A DNA stretch of 63,793 nt, counting the filler, from Octopus bimaculoides (lineage: Eukaryota): the NCBI RefSeq assembly GCF_001194135.2. It is 5 parts of 5 records of this genome, joined end to end, with 100 filler letters (N's around TTAATTAATTAA, not from the genome) between each part and the next. Parts side by side here need not be neighbours in the genome. Positions count along the whole stretch, not along the records: positions 24,373 to 42,156 come from NC_068990.1; 4 more parts are not named here. One strand, 5' to 3'. This document shows positions 25,061 to 37,350 of this stretch, piece after piece; the first letter of the stretch is position 1, and the number at the start of each line of letters is the position of its first letter. Made by a program: the position numbers and the translations under genes. The notes beneath the pieces were generated by a model that was given only the letters and a program-made list of their open reading frames with translations, was not told where the DNA came from and did no database searches.

Positions 25061-25825
25061 TCAAACTTCACTTCACAGAACGAAAATACGATTGCTTCAT
25101 ATTTTAGTACATGAAACACAAGGTATCTTAAAATTAATATACAATAGAAGATATATATATAGCAGTTGTGATTATTTGCTAAAGTTTCTAGAGATAATAT
25201 AATATAGATTTCCATTGTAATATGTGATTGTTTATAATTAATTAATAATATTATGAGGGGTTTTCTCCCTTTGACAGACCTTTATTTAAGGAGGAATTTA
25301 TTTAAGGAGAAATTTGAATATGAACTAGACTTAGAGACGATGTTTTTGGTGTTTACTTTTTGTTCTTTACCTTTTACCCTTAAGATGTGTAAAGTAAATT
25401 ATATATTTGACTTGAATTTGACAGATAAATATAACCTTATGCAGAAATGTTGACATAAGAATAAATTTCAATAATAATGNNNNNNNNNNNNNNNNNNNNN
25501 NNNNNNNNNNNNNNNNNNNNNNNNNNNNNNNNNNNNNNNNNNNNNNNNNNNNNNNNNNNNNNNNNNNNNNNNNNNNNNNNNNNNNNNNNNNNNNNNNNNN
25601 NNNNNNNNNNNNNNNNNNNNNNNNNNNNNNNNNNNNNNNNNNNNNNNNNNNNNNNNNNNNNNNNNNNNNNNNNNNNNNNNNNNNNNNNNNNNNNNNNNNN
25701 NNNNNNNNNNNNNNNNNNNNNNNNNNNNNNNNNNNNNNNNNNNNNNNNNNNNNNNNNNNNNNNNNNNNNNNNNNNNCACAAAGACATACACACACAAATT
25801 CGCACAAAGACATACACATATGTCT

Positions 25826-25969
25826 GACGGCTTCTTTCAGTTTCCGTCTACCAAATCCACTCACAAGGTTTTGGTCGGCCCAAGGCTATAGTAGAAGACA
25901 CTTGCCTAAGTTGCCACGCAGTGGGAGTGAACCCGAAACCATGTGGTTGGGAAGCAAGCTTCTTAACAC
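25826..25969 (-). mobile_element. OK-like SINE 5' half
   Basis: Matches 8658-8820. Confidence 0.88.
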
Positions 25970-26012
25970 GTAGATAAATGAATAAATAAATATTGAAATA
26001 TATATATATATA

Positions 26013-26175
26013 CGACGGGCTTCTCTTGTTTCCTTGTTTCCGTGCACGAAATGTACGCAAAATGCATTGCTCTGTCCGGCGCTTTGGTAGCAGATTTCCA
26101 AAGATGCCGCGCAGTGGAATTGAACTCGAGAAGTTGTGGTTGTGAAGCAAGCCTCTTGCTCACACAGTCATGCCT
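26013..26175 (-). mobile_element. Diverged OK-like SINE 5' half
   Basis: cgacgggcttctc...gccgcgcagtggaattgaactcg...gaagcaagc. Confidence 0.7.
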
Positions 26176-26580
26176 ATCATTTTCTTTTAAATTCAAAACA
26201 ATATTCAACCCTCCTTTTGTGTAAAAATGCAGTGATAGAACATCACTCCGAATCGAACTCAAAGAAATTGTCTCAGACTGATTTGATAGTAAATATGAGT
26301 AGTGTAAATTTATATCCATCCATCCATCTTAGAATCCATTCCTTCACCCTTTGTGCGACGAGCCATCGTTTTCTCTGAGATCATTCGACTGAACTAAGTA
26401 AACGAAATATAACTCTCGATAAATATTGAGATCTTAAATAAGAGAAATGAGATGCACATTCAGAGGAAAATATCTTAAAGGCGGTCGTTCAGCCATCAAC
26501 ATCATGGTCATCATGATCATCATTATTATTGTTGTTGTTATTGTTATTGTTGCTTTTGTTGTTGCTTTTGTTGTTGTTGC

Positions 26581-26638
<58 letters not shown>

Positions 26639-26752
26639 TTTACTAGTATCATTCACTGGTCATTACGGACTGAAACCAACAGCCCCCATCTTTCCACCCC
26701 TTCCACACAACCCATGATTGCATTTAAATGCTTATTTGCATCGTTACTTTAG

Positions 26753-26841
26753 ATAATTGTGACTATACTTCATCTGGTCGATTAAACTTGACTCATGCAG
26801 CGTGGAATAATGATGAAGTGAAGCGCTTTCTTACCGGGGAT
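26753..26841 (+). CDS. Candidate internal host exon, product unknown
   Basis: ttatttgcatcgttactttAG|...GAT|GTATGT. Open as (D)NCDYTSSGRLNLTHAAWNNDEVKRFLTGD (phase 1 to 0), with a faint ankyrin-like spacing. No homology confirmed. Confidence 0.28.
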
Positions 26842-28041
26842 GTATGTTTTAGAAACAAACCAATTAGGTTGAGAAATTGCTGCCAAAATTATTCTAAAAA
26901 TAACCGACAGATAAATCAATTTGACAGCTATATTAAGATATCCACAGGGAGTGTGAGGATAAACGCCGTCTTGATTTCGTGACGAAAGTTCCCAGAATTG
27001 GAACTATATACATACATACATACATACATACATACCTACCTACATACATACATACATACATACACACATACATACATACATACATACATGCATACACATA
27101 TGCACACACACACATAAGCATATATATATATATATAAGCATATATATATATATCCATACATATACGTATATATGTATATACACATGTGTATACAACATAC
27201 ATATATGTATATGTAAGTGTGTGTATACACACTCATACGCACACACACACACGCACACACACACACGCACACACACACACACACACATATATATATACTT
27301 ACGTATATATGCACATGTTTCGCACACATACACAGAAACATGCACGGATATATACACGCACATATACCCATTCATACTCCTGCACAGAAGATTCTACGGC
27401 GGCAAACAACTGTCTCTAGCTAGTTATTAGGTAAATCTTATTTACAAATAAATACATCCATAAATGAATTAGCGATTGCTTAAATTTGCATATTCCCATT
27501 TTGGCTGTTTGCAATATATGTTTTGGTCGATTTCAGTGCAGTGAAGACGGGGAAGCTAATAGAGAACTGTCTAGATATTTTCTATTATCTAGTACAGCGC
27601 CTTAATGTTTTAATTTGAAATACTGACGGGATCGAATTTATATATACTGTATTCAGAGATCAAGTATAATCAATAAATGAATCAATAAATAATTACATAC
27701 AATGTGGAAGAATCGATTCAACCAACTGCAATTTTTGTCCATACCAAATTTGTTTGTATCAAAGTGCAGTATATAATTTTGCGTGAAGCAGTTAATGCAC
27801 ATCTAAAATAGATTGTGTTTATCATTTTTTTTTGTCTGTTGCTAGGATTTCAGATCCGTATTTTGCATCGAAAGCGTGGTTTAGATCATTAATTGTAGCC
27901 GTTACTCTCAAGCGAGTATGAGTTGGCTGCATGTTCCATGCTTTCGCTAGTTATCGTAGATGTTTATATAGTCGCAAACAGAAACAGACGACATCTCAGT
28001 TCCCATCTTTTAACTGAGAAGGACAGTGATGATGTGACTGC

Positions 28042-28160
<119 letters not shown>

Positions 28161-28194
28161 GGAGAGTGCAACACCAATTCAAGATTAGTATACA

Positions 28195-28320
28195 TTTTCG
28201 GCTCACTAGACTAGAGCAACGCGAAATAGTGCGCCTGGCTGAAGAGAGGCATAGCACCGAACGGTTTAGATATCGAACTCACGATCGTGTGGTCGTAAGT
28301 GCAACACTGTAACCTCTAGG
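28195..28320 (-). mobile_element. Diverged SINE head related to 51390-51716
   Basis: gagcaacgcgaaatagtg...tcgaactcacgatcgtgtggtcgtaag. Confidence 0.55.
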
Positions 28321-29189
28321 CTGATGTTATAATGTAATGAATTTGCACTCTTATTGACTGAAATCTTTTGATGTTTGTTTCAAAGCTTTTCTAATTTGAT
28401 ACTAATGTATCCAGTGGTTCTTTATGCTTAGTTCGTAGATTCATTATTCATCTTCTAGAAGGAGGCGTTTTGCGAATGCTATCACGCTGTATAGGAAGTT
28501 CGTTTGAATCTGTGTACCACAATCAAGATAAATACGAGTCACTTTCAATCAGCTTATTGGGAAGTATTTGTGATGTCGTGCGGCGTAGCAGTTAGGGTAA
28601 ATTGCACTCGTGAGCGTAAGATCGTCTTTTCGGTTCCCGGATGAGGTAGTTTTTTTTTTCCTGAGAAAAACACTTCATTTCACGTTGCTTGACTCAACTC
28701 ATCTGCAAAATAAGTAATAGAAGTGAGAGACCTGTCAAATAAGCGAGGGACTGGCGCTTTCTTCAGGGTGACTCTTGTGATCTGGATCACTTATACGCTA
28801 TAAGACCTCGGTGACCGGCTTATGACTAGCAGAACACTAAACGTTCTAAGAAAAGAATACAAATTAAGAAGTGGCTGTGTGTTATAAGTTTTTTCGATTT
28901 TCGTGGATGTGTTAATTAATGCAAAAATAGTCAGCATTAAGAATGGAATTACCATTAAGACAAATGGCGGCAACAGTTGATGGTCATCCATTGATGTTAA
29001 GATACCAAACTAAAAGACTTTCACCTTCCAAAAGTATGAATTCAGAATGCTTTACCTGTATTTTTCTATCGTTAACAATTATAAAACAATGTCTTGAGAA
29101 TTCCTTTAAATCCCTCTTTACAAATTTACTTCTCAGCCAGTTAGCATTAATTACACCCATCAATCAAAGAGTAAGCATTTGCAAAAAAT

Positions 29190-29900
29190 CGTTTAAAGGT
29201 GTACATTTTTGTCATCTCCATGATACGTTCCAGTATATTTTCGTTGTGTGCAAGTGTTTCGTCTAATCTGATAATTGTTCGTCATAAACGTCTTTTGTCT
29301 TCTTTTTCTATCAACAATAAATTTCATGATGTCATCTACTGAAGCCTCATCCCTTCCAGCTTCTATCAATTTCAAAACATCATTTGAATGCAAGGTATAA
29401 TAATTCTCAGTCAACCAAAGCCATACTACGTCGTTCCTTGACTCGGGTGGAACTTCAAAAAATTGTTTAAATCGCACTACATTTTCCCAGCGATATAAAA
29501 TAATGGACTGATGTAAAATATGATACGACTGCTCATCGTACTTTAATTATATAATGATTTCTGTCTAACAGACTTATTTTTAAAAAGAATTCAGCCTGTA
29601 TCAACACATTAAAAGTTATTCTGACGCCTTTGTTTATTTGCTGTAGAAAAGATGCATTTGGTGGTATATAAATTCTGTTTACTTTAAACTTAGTTTGAGT
29701 TTCATTAAAATTCAAGAGATGGCTAGAAGCGTTGTCTCACGGAAAATAAAATGCTTCAAATGATAAACCATTCCCAATACAGAAGTTGTACACAGCCGTT
29801 CAAAATCGCTAGTGCAGCAGTTCAAGAGTAGCATCTCTGTGACACGCGCCTTCCAATAGACTTTTAACAACTGGGCATTTATCACTTATTTAACTCTGTC
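29190..29900 (-). pseudogene. Tigger/pogo-type DDE transposase remnant (C-terminal half)
   Basis: DNASSHLL...IYIPPNASFLQQINKGVRITF resembles DNAPxH...FLPPNTTSxxQPMDQGVIxxF. LIEAGRDEASVDDIMKFI resembles the Tigger GFxEVxxDDIxEL region. Confidence 0.7.
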
Positions 29901-30314
29901 AATGTGCGAATTGTTTCCAAGCTGAAGACTAACATCGGCCTTTATGTTAGGTTTCCTAAAACGCTATTATTTATTATAAAGCAATGCGAATCTATCGTTA
30001 GTAGTTTAAAATTTAAGAGCACAATTTTGTTCTAGAGCAATAAACGTCGAAGATATTCTTTTCTATTATTAAAGTTCTTCTTCATCTACATTCATAATAA
30101 GATCTTTAGGATATATACTATACTGGAGAATGACTTGGAATTTTGAAGGAAATACATTTACTATTTCGATATCAATTCTTCCTGCCATACTGCCTGTAAC
30201 TCATAGAACCTGCAAAGAGAACATTAGAACCTGCAAAAGGCTAATCTCAAACGCTTTCTGCTCCACATCAGTAAAATTCATTCTGTTTGCAGTTCTATAT
30301 TTAAGAGATGAAGA

Positions 30315-30514
30315 ATTATGTACATTTGACGGATATTTGTCTTCAGCTTGTTTGTTGTTAACACGTTTTGGCTGATATACCCTCCAGCCTTCATCAGGTG
30401 TTTTGAGGGAATTTCGAACCTGGGGTCTCATTCCTAAGGTATTTTTCGATGTTGTTATTATTATTTGGTAACAACAAACAAAATGAAGACAAATATCCGT
30501 CAAATGTAAATAAT
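30315..30514. mobile_element. Inverted-repeat element (47-bp arms 30315-30361 and 30468-30514) enclosing an inactivated hammerhead on minus (30361-30401)
   Basis: Arms differ at about 4 positions. Motif: ACAC-CUGAUGA-A-GGCUG(10 nt)CAGCC-AAAA-CGUG, with GAAA changed to AAAA at a CpG. Confidence 0.8.
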
Positions 30515-30936
30515 GTAATTCTGTTCAGTCACAAATAATATTTCACTCGGTGGAATGTCTTCTTGGTTCCAGTCTTCCACTGACATTGTCAATGATCACA
30601 ACACATCTCACTATTTTTACCACAAGAATATCTCACTTGCGTTGACCATTCGCCGGCAGCTCGAGCTTTTCTTTAGAAATCTTCTCTGCATTTTGTGTAA
30701 CCTTCTGAAACCACAGTAGTTTGTGGTAATTGGTCGAAATTTTACTGGTTGAGCATCGTCAACGATTTGAGAAAATTGCAAACCCGTCTTACAGTCAATT
30801 AGCATAAACAAAGCCAGGGTAATACAGAGGTAAACTGCATATATTTTTTATGTAAATGTAAATGTAGGTATATGTGCATATGAGCAAGTGTATGTATGTA
30901 TGGACGCACGCGCACGCGCACTCTCACACACACACA

Positions 30937-30994
<58 letters not shown>

Positions 30995-31552
30995 CACACA
31001 CACACACACTTTGATATTTAGATAACTTTCGGCCAGAATTCGCCCAGAACATGACTAGCTTAATAGCACAACTAGCAGAAGATATTTAATATGTCACATC
31101 ACAATCATTTTTTGGAGACTACAGCCCATGCCAGTAAGCAGTTTCTGTTTGCAGAGATATATGAGAGAGTGTAGCTGGTCTATCCAGAATTTGTTGGAGA
31201 TATTCAACGAGAAACCGTTTGAAAGTTGTGAGATCATTCTTTCTCATATGTGTCTTGGCATGATGTTAAAGAGATCAGGGCCAGTTTAGGTCAAATGGTT
31301 CTGTTTAAGTGTTGTGACGCAAGCATATGAGTGTGTGTATGTGTGTGTGTGTATGTAAATATCTATGTATGTATGTGTGTGTGTGCGTATGTATGAATGT
31401 GTGTATATAAACTTACAGATAGGACTTTAGGTTTGCTTATTAATTCACTATATACACATATATGCATACACACATACATAGATACATAGACTCACACACA
31501 CACACACATACATACATACATACATACATACATACATACATACATACGTACG

Positions 31553-31585
<33 letters not shown>

Positions 31586-31883
31586 GTACATTATGGTAGA
31601 ATTTAGTTATGAATATTGCATATTTTATGACCGACGTTTTTTATGCTTACAGTTTGTGTTTTTTCAAAACTTACCGTTTTGTATTTGTATATGTATATAA
31701 ATATGTGTCGGTGTGCGCGAGCGTGTATGAACACATGAACTCACACGCACACACACGCACACACACACACACACGCACACACACACACACACACGCACNN
31801 NNNNNNNNNNNNNNNNNNNNNNNNNNNNNNNNNNNNNNNNNNNNNNNNNNNNNNNNNNNNNNNNNNNNNNNNNNNNNNNNNNN

Positions 31884-31934
<51 letters not shown>

Positions 31935-33029
31935 AAACTTGACCTGTTGTTTTGAACGTAAGCTTCATATTTCCTTTACGTACTTTTAATATATTTAGCT
32001 GTTTTCTATTTCTATTCCTGTTTATATAATTATTGCATTTCGAATATGTATATTTATTTATACAATTTTTCCTCATTATTTTCTTAGTAGTTATTTTTTC
32101 TAGCCTGCATGAATTTGTTAGTATTCATTTTATTTTCTCCTAAACCTTACTAAGCAATTGTTGTTTTCGGCACAGGGCAATTTATATGATTCACCAGTAT
32201 TTTTTTACTTTGTGAATTATTGTTATTTTACTTTTTACTGTAAACATTTTATAAGAAATCGTTTGGCTTCTGGAGTCGAATATGGCATATATTCAATTTC
32301 TGTAATCTTTTCTTTTCTTCCTCCCAATTTATCATGCTTTCGGAAAATAACTATGTATATCATTGATTAAGGTAGCGGACTTGTTCTTTTCTATAACATT
32401 TATAGAAGATACACTTATAGAAACGTATTTCTAGATAAACCGTTGTCCTTGTTATTCTAGATTCAAAATTGTAGTACGTATATAAATCTGGTTACTGCTT
32501 TTATGTTTTGACTTTCCACACGAGGAAGAATTCTTAATATACATTGAATAATTTACCCTTTGAACTTCTCAAATTCCTTTCTTTTCCGTTAACTCTTTAT
32601 TTTCCAGTATCTTTTCAATAATGGGCAATCAGTTACATTACATTCATGTGATCAGATCGTTATATTCCACCCCTCCTCAAAAAACCTAGTGAATTAGGTT
32701 CAGAAATATCTTGGGAGAAATATTTTGTAGTAGCACCCTATCCCCACCTTGTTGTTTTTTGTTAGTTATATTTTTATTCGTTTAATTTTTTCTATATTTT
32801 TATTGCGTGATATTTTTCTGTTACTATTCTGCTTTCTTTTTTTGTGGTTCGTCTTCGGTATAAATGGTACGGATTTCCAATTTATTTTTTACCTAATCTC
32901 AGATGAAATACAATTTCTATACAATCTGTGACTGTGACATGCTTGTGAGCTCATATTTCTCATATATATATATTTATATATATATGTGTGTGTCTGTGAG
33001 TAGTCAATTCAAATAAACGAGTAAAATTA

Positions 33030-33150
33030 ACGGACAATAAGAGGACGTGCATAAAAAATATTTTAGCTTGACGCTTTGTGAAAACAGAACGTTTGACGTT
33101 TCGAGCATAAAGTCCAAAGAAGGAAAATAAATCGTCGACAACATGTATCA
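33030..33150 (-). mobile_element. Hammerhead-family short element with the CUGANGA half deleted
   Basis: gaggacgtg...gacgtttcgagcata-aagtccaaagaagg aligns with 35385-35545, minus about 20 nt. Confidence 0.6.
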
Positions 33151-33247
33151 CTTATATACATACATATATACATGTATATATTTATATATATAGATACACA
33201 CACATATATACATATACATACATATATATAAAACTTATATATGTATA

Positions 33248-34994
33248 TCTATCTATCTATCTATAAAATTGAATTTCTGTCTGTTTATTTGTTTGTCTGT
33301 CAAAATGAAAATAATGATTTCAAATCTGTAGGAGTGATATCGAAACTGAATCTTTGAGTTCTCCTTGGGCATACGGCATATTCAAACGTGAAAAAGAACC
33401 TAAACAAATGGTTGTTCCATTTCACCTGTGGCCTTTTCAGTGCCATCGCACAGTCACCTGGATTCGGCAAAAGCCATTGTTCTATATGATATAGCTATTT
33501 TTCTTGCTTGTCGGTTCGGATATAAATATACAAACATTTTGAGATAGACAGAGAGAATCCTGACAGCGAAGCGAGACGCACAACACACACGCACAAAACT
33601 TGACAGGGAAACGAACAGCATCGACACATCCACAAAAAGAAAATTAACATCAACAACATGCATTCCGACTTACAAATCCGCTTCTTTTTCACAACCGACT
33701 GCTACAGTTAAACTTCACTCACACAACGCATTGTCAGAAGGCTTCCGACAAACACTACCAGTTGTTCCAAGAGGAACAAAAGTGGATGAGTTCAATGTTT
33801 CTATAGAGTCTTCTTTATTATGGCACCATGTGAAAACACTTCAACTTTCGACAATTAAGAGATCGAGGCTTTCAAGACATCAATTATCTGAACTATTTGC
33901 AGAGTAGCATTTGACACTCTGTGAAGGGAGAGTTACAATTGATGAAGAACAATTTCCTACACTCAATCCAATATGTAATTCAGCTGATTCCGTCGATGAT
34001 TTGGTGGCTGAAATCTTTCCGAATCTTCTTCATAATTACAGCAATACAGATTGGATCTGTGAGCGAGCTATCCTGGTTCTAAAAAATGTTGCTATAAATA
34101 GCATTAATAATATACTGTTGAATAAACTTCCAGGAGAAGTATTCACCTATAACTCAGTTGACAGTGTTGTTGATGATCAGGATAGTTTTAACTATCCCTT
34201 CGAATTTTTGAACTCACTAGAACCACCAGGTAAAGTTCCTCATTGTTTTCAGCTGAAGGAAAGGGCTCCTATGATGCTATTGCGTAATTTGTCTCAACCA
34301 AGATTATACAATTGTACTAGACTAATTGTGCACAAATTATGAGGGACTGCCTTGAGGCAAATATTCTCAATGTTGGTGCTAAAGGTGAGACCGTCTTCTT
34401 CCTCGCATACCAGTTATACCACCCATTGTCCCATTCCACTTTTAGCGGTTACAGTTTCCTATCCGATTTTCTTTTACCATGAGCATTAATAAAAGGCAGG
34501 ACTAAACACTAAATGTTGCTGGATTGCAACTTGAAGAATCATGCTTTTCACATGGCCAACTTTTATACAGGACCATCATGTGTGAGAAGAAAAGCGAATC
34601 TTTTTGCTCATGCACATCGAAATAAAACAAAAAATATTGTTTATAAAGAAATATTCACACTTAATGCAACACGAAGATTTCAATAACTTAATTTGCCATT
34701 ACTATCATTACTGTCAATAATGAGTAAATTACCTATTTAAATGAAGTGTATAATATAATTGCCATTAGTGTATTGATAAATAAAATAACATATAAAACTC
34801 ACTATTTTCATATAACAAACAAACAGAATTTCTTGTATCAATTTGATTCTTTTTCTACTTCAATTATTACATGTTTTTCTCTTATAAAACACACATATAC
34901 AGGAAGAGTAAATTATATATATAATAATACTTTGGATGTGGCTCCCCAGAAAATGTAAAAGTAATTACCCGATCAACGACGGGTATTACTGCTA

Positions 34995-34995
<1 letters not shown>
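33248..34995 (+). mobile_element. Internally deleted Helitron with both termini and a PIF1-type helicase remnant
   Basis: 5' A|TC-TATC...TATAAAATTGAA; N-terminal remnant joined to FRQTLPVVPRG...LLRNLSQPRLYN...RLQFPIR...FSHGQL...NIVYKE; 3' hairpin TACCCG-8nt-CGGGTA (34966-34985), then CTAG|T (34992-34996). The exact 5' TC is ambiguous within (TATC)n. Confidence 0.9.
33911..34342 (+). pseudogene. Helitron helicase ORF fragment
   Basis: ERAILVLKN...TYNSVDSV...YPFEFLNSLEPPG...MLLRNL; flanked by stops and frameshifts. Confidence 0.9.
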
Positions 34996-35028
<33 letters not shown>

Positions 35029-35384
35029 TGAGAGAGAGAGANNNNNNNNNNNNNNNNNNNNNNNNNNNNNNNNNNNNNNNNNNNNNNNNNNNNNNNNNNN
35101 NNNNNNNNNNNNNNNNNNNNNNNNNNNNNNNNNNNNNNNNNNNNNNNNNNNNNNNNNNNNNNNNNNNNNNNNNNNNNNNNNNNNNNNNNNNNNNNNNNNN
35201 NNNNNNNNNNNNNNNNNNNNNNNNNNNNNNNNNNNNNNNNNNNNNNNNNNNNNNNNNNNNNNNNNNNNNNNNNNNNNNNNNNNNNNNNNNNNNNNNNNNN
35301 NNNNNNNNNNNNNNNNNNNNNNNNNNNNNNNNNNNNNNNNNNNNNNNTATATATATATATATATGTTAACACCCCGCAAAAAAA

Positions 35385-35545
35385 GCAAGAACAAACACAA
35401 AAAACAACAACGCGAGGACGTGGTACATGTAAAGTATTAGCAGACGCTCAGGGAAGGAATGAAAGATCGTTTAACGTTTCGAGCAGAGCTCTTCTTCAGA
35501 AACCAAGGAAAGTCCAATAGAAAAGGAAGACGAAGGAAAATGAAA
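35385..35545 (-). mobile_element. Short non-coding element carrying an intact hammerhead motif
   Basis: Same family as 33030-33150 and 44930-45120 (caacaacgcgaggacg...gacgctcagg...aacgtttcgagc...aaagtcca). Confidence 0.75.
35469..35503 (-). ncRNA. Minimal type I hammerhead ribozyme candidate, intact
   Basis: GUUU-CUGAAGA-A-GAGC(UCU)GCUC-GAAA-C-GUU-AAAC: 4-bp helix I, 4-bp helix II, ACGU palindromic helix III; predicted cut 3' of the GUU triplet (after position 35473). Confidence 0.7.
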
Positions 35546-35586
35546 CATTAGCGCTAAAAGCAGTGTTTAAGTATAAGTAGAATTTA

Positions 35587-36100
35587 GGTTGGTTGAAATA
35601 TGTTTGTCACATATTTCAACTGCTAAAGGGCAAATACACTGCAATTACCATGGAGAAAAAACTCACACTTATGGTAAAAAGGTGTGAAAACACCAAGTTC
35701 GTTCAGTGTTGCCATCTGTTAGGAATCCCAGACATCGATGTTTCGGATTTTTTACTTTTGTCAATGAGGTGTACTTAAGAGAAGCAACATGGAACGAACT
35801 TAATAAAGCTGTAGTTTTATATATAATTCAGTAAACTCGTTGACTGGTTTGCGCCAGTAGATCGCCCGATCAAGGTAAATAACACTACTTGACGCTAATG
35901 CTTCGTTATTTACCTCGATGAGGCGATCTACTGGCGCAAATCAATCAACGTCGATGTCTGGGATTCCTAAGAGATGGCGACACTGAAAGAACTGGGTGTT
36001 TTCACCCCTTTTTACCATAAGGGAGATTTTCCTCCACGCTAACTGCAATGTTTTTGCCTTTTAGCAATTGAAATATATGACAAACATATTTCAGCTAACC
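35587..36100. mobile_element. TA-flanked foldback MITE with long interrupted TIRs
   Basis: TA|GGTTGGTTGAAATATG...CATATTTCAGCTAACC|TA. Outer arms ~35587-35740 / ~35950-36100; inner arms gcgccagtagatcgcc...aggtaaataac / gttatttacct...ggcgatctactggcgc. Confidence 0.88.
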
Positions 36101-37199
36101 TAATATATATATATATANNNNNNNNNNGGGGGGGGGATGAGTTTAGGTGTGCGTGTGTGTAAAAAACAAAAAGAAGAATATGTTTTCAGAACTTTATTAT
36201 GGATAAAAATAAGTATTTACATTTTTATCGAAATATACTGGCGATTTTAATCGCTTGCATAAACAATTTAGTCATGCTGAAATAGAAGGCAGCATAAATT
36301 AAATTAAATTAAGCCAATCCCTCATGATATCAGTCCTTGAAGCTAATATGCATTTTCTTTATAAAAAATCACTTATTGCTTCTTATATCTCTCCTTACGT
36401 AAATCCAACACTTACATATATCTATGCTTCTGGAATTTTTACTTCAGTCGTCCTTTATTAACATTTAGTGATTAAGTTGTGTTGCCTCAAATTTCAATAT
36501 TGAAGGTTGTTGTTAGTGTTGCTATTGTTATTGTTGTTTAGCTCAAGATATTTTGTAATAGACAACATACACAATGTGTAGATGGTCAGACGAATAGGGA
36601 GGTACGATACTCGCAGCATAGACTCAGTGTTCCACTGAAGAGATTAACGTAAAGCATCATCGTTTACAAATGTTATTTGGCTGTTATACTTGTTACTTGG
36701 CACAAGTAAGTACTGACTAGGCAGATCATTTGTCAAAAACATTACAGCTATAATGATCACATCGTATTCTTTGGCACTATATAAGACTACATTATATAAT
36801 GACTGAAAATAAAATGCTCCGTGCTACTTGTTCTGAATCGTTGCGCTCTGAGTTCAGATCCTGCTAAGGCCAGCTTTAATTTTTATCCTTTTAGGGATAA
36901 AAATCTGAACCCCCCAAAACATACAATCCAGTACGCTTCATTGACGAAAATGTCAGAAGATTGGGGAAAATCCTTGCCTTATCTTTTCTGGATCGATTTT
37001 TGGGCTGCACAGAGGGTTGTGTCCCTGTGTAAAATACTTCATTTCACATGTGCTTTAATCTACCCAATTTAAAGAGTACAGCCTAGAAGTGGTGTAGCTC
37101 TCTCTCTCTCTCTCTCCCCTCTCTCTCCCCCCTCTCTCTATACCTCCAGTATTCACATTCTTGATAATCTGCTGCTTCAAATGTAGGAGAACCAAGAAA

Positions 37200-37350
37200 A
37201 TTTTTTTGCTTGTTCGGACAGCAACCCCTGTGCCGACAATGATGCCAGTGATTATCGGCCCGAGTTGGCAGATTTTCCCTTGAATAAACATCATGATTAT
37301 GGAGAGGGAAGGCTTGCATGCAACACCGGCTGTCTGTCTTCCTCCAAACA
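37200..37350 (+). mobile_element. Degenerate copy of the SINE family at 51390-51716
   Basis: Minus text gcatgcaagccttccctctcca...caagggaaa...gggccgata aligns with 51484-51550. Confidence 0.6.
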
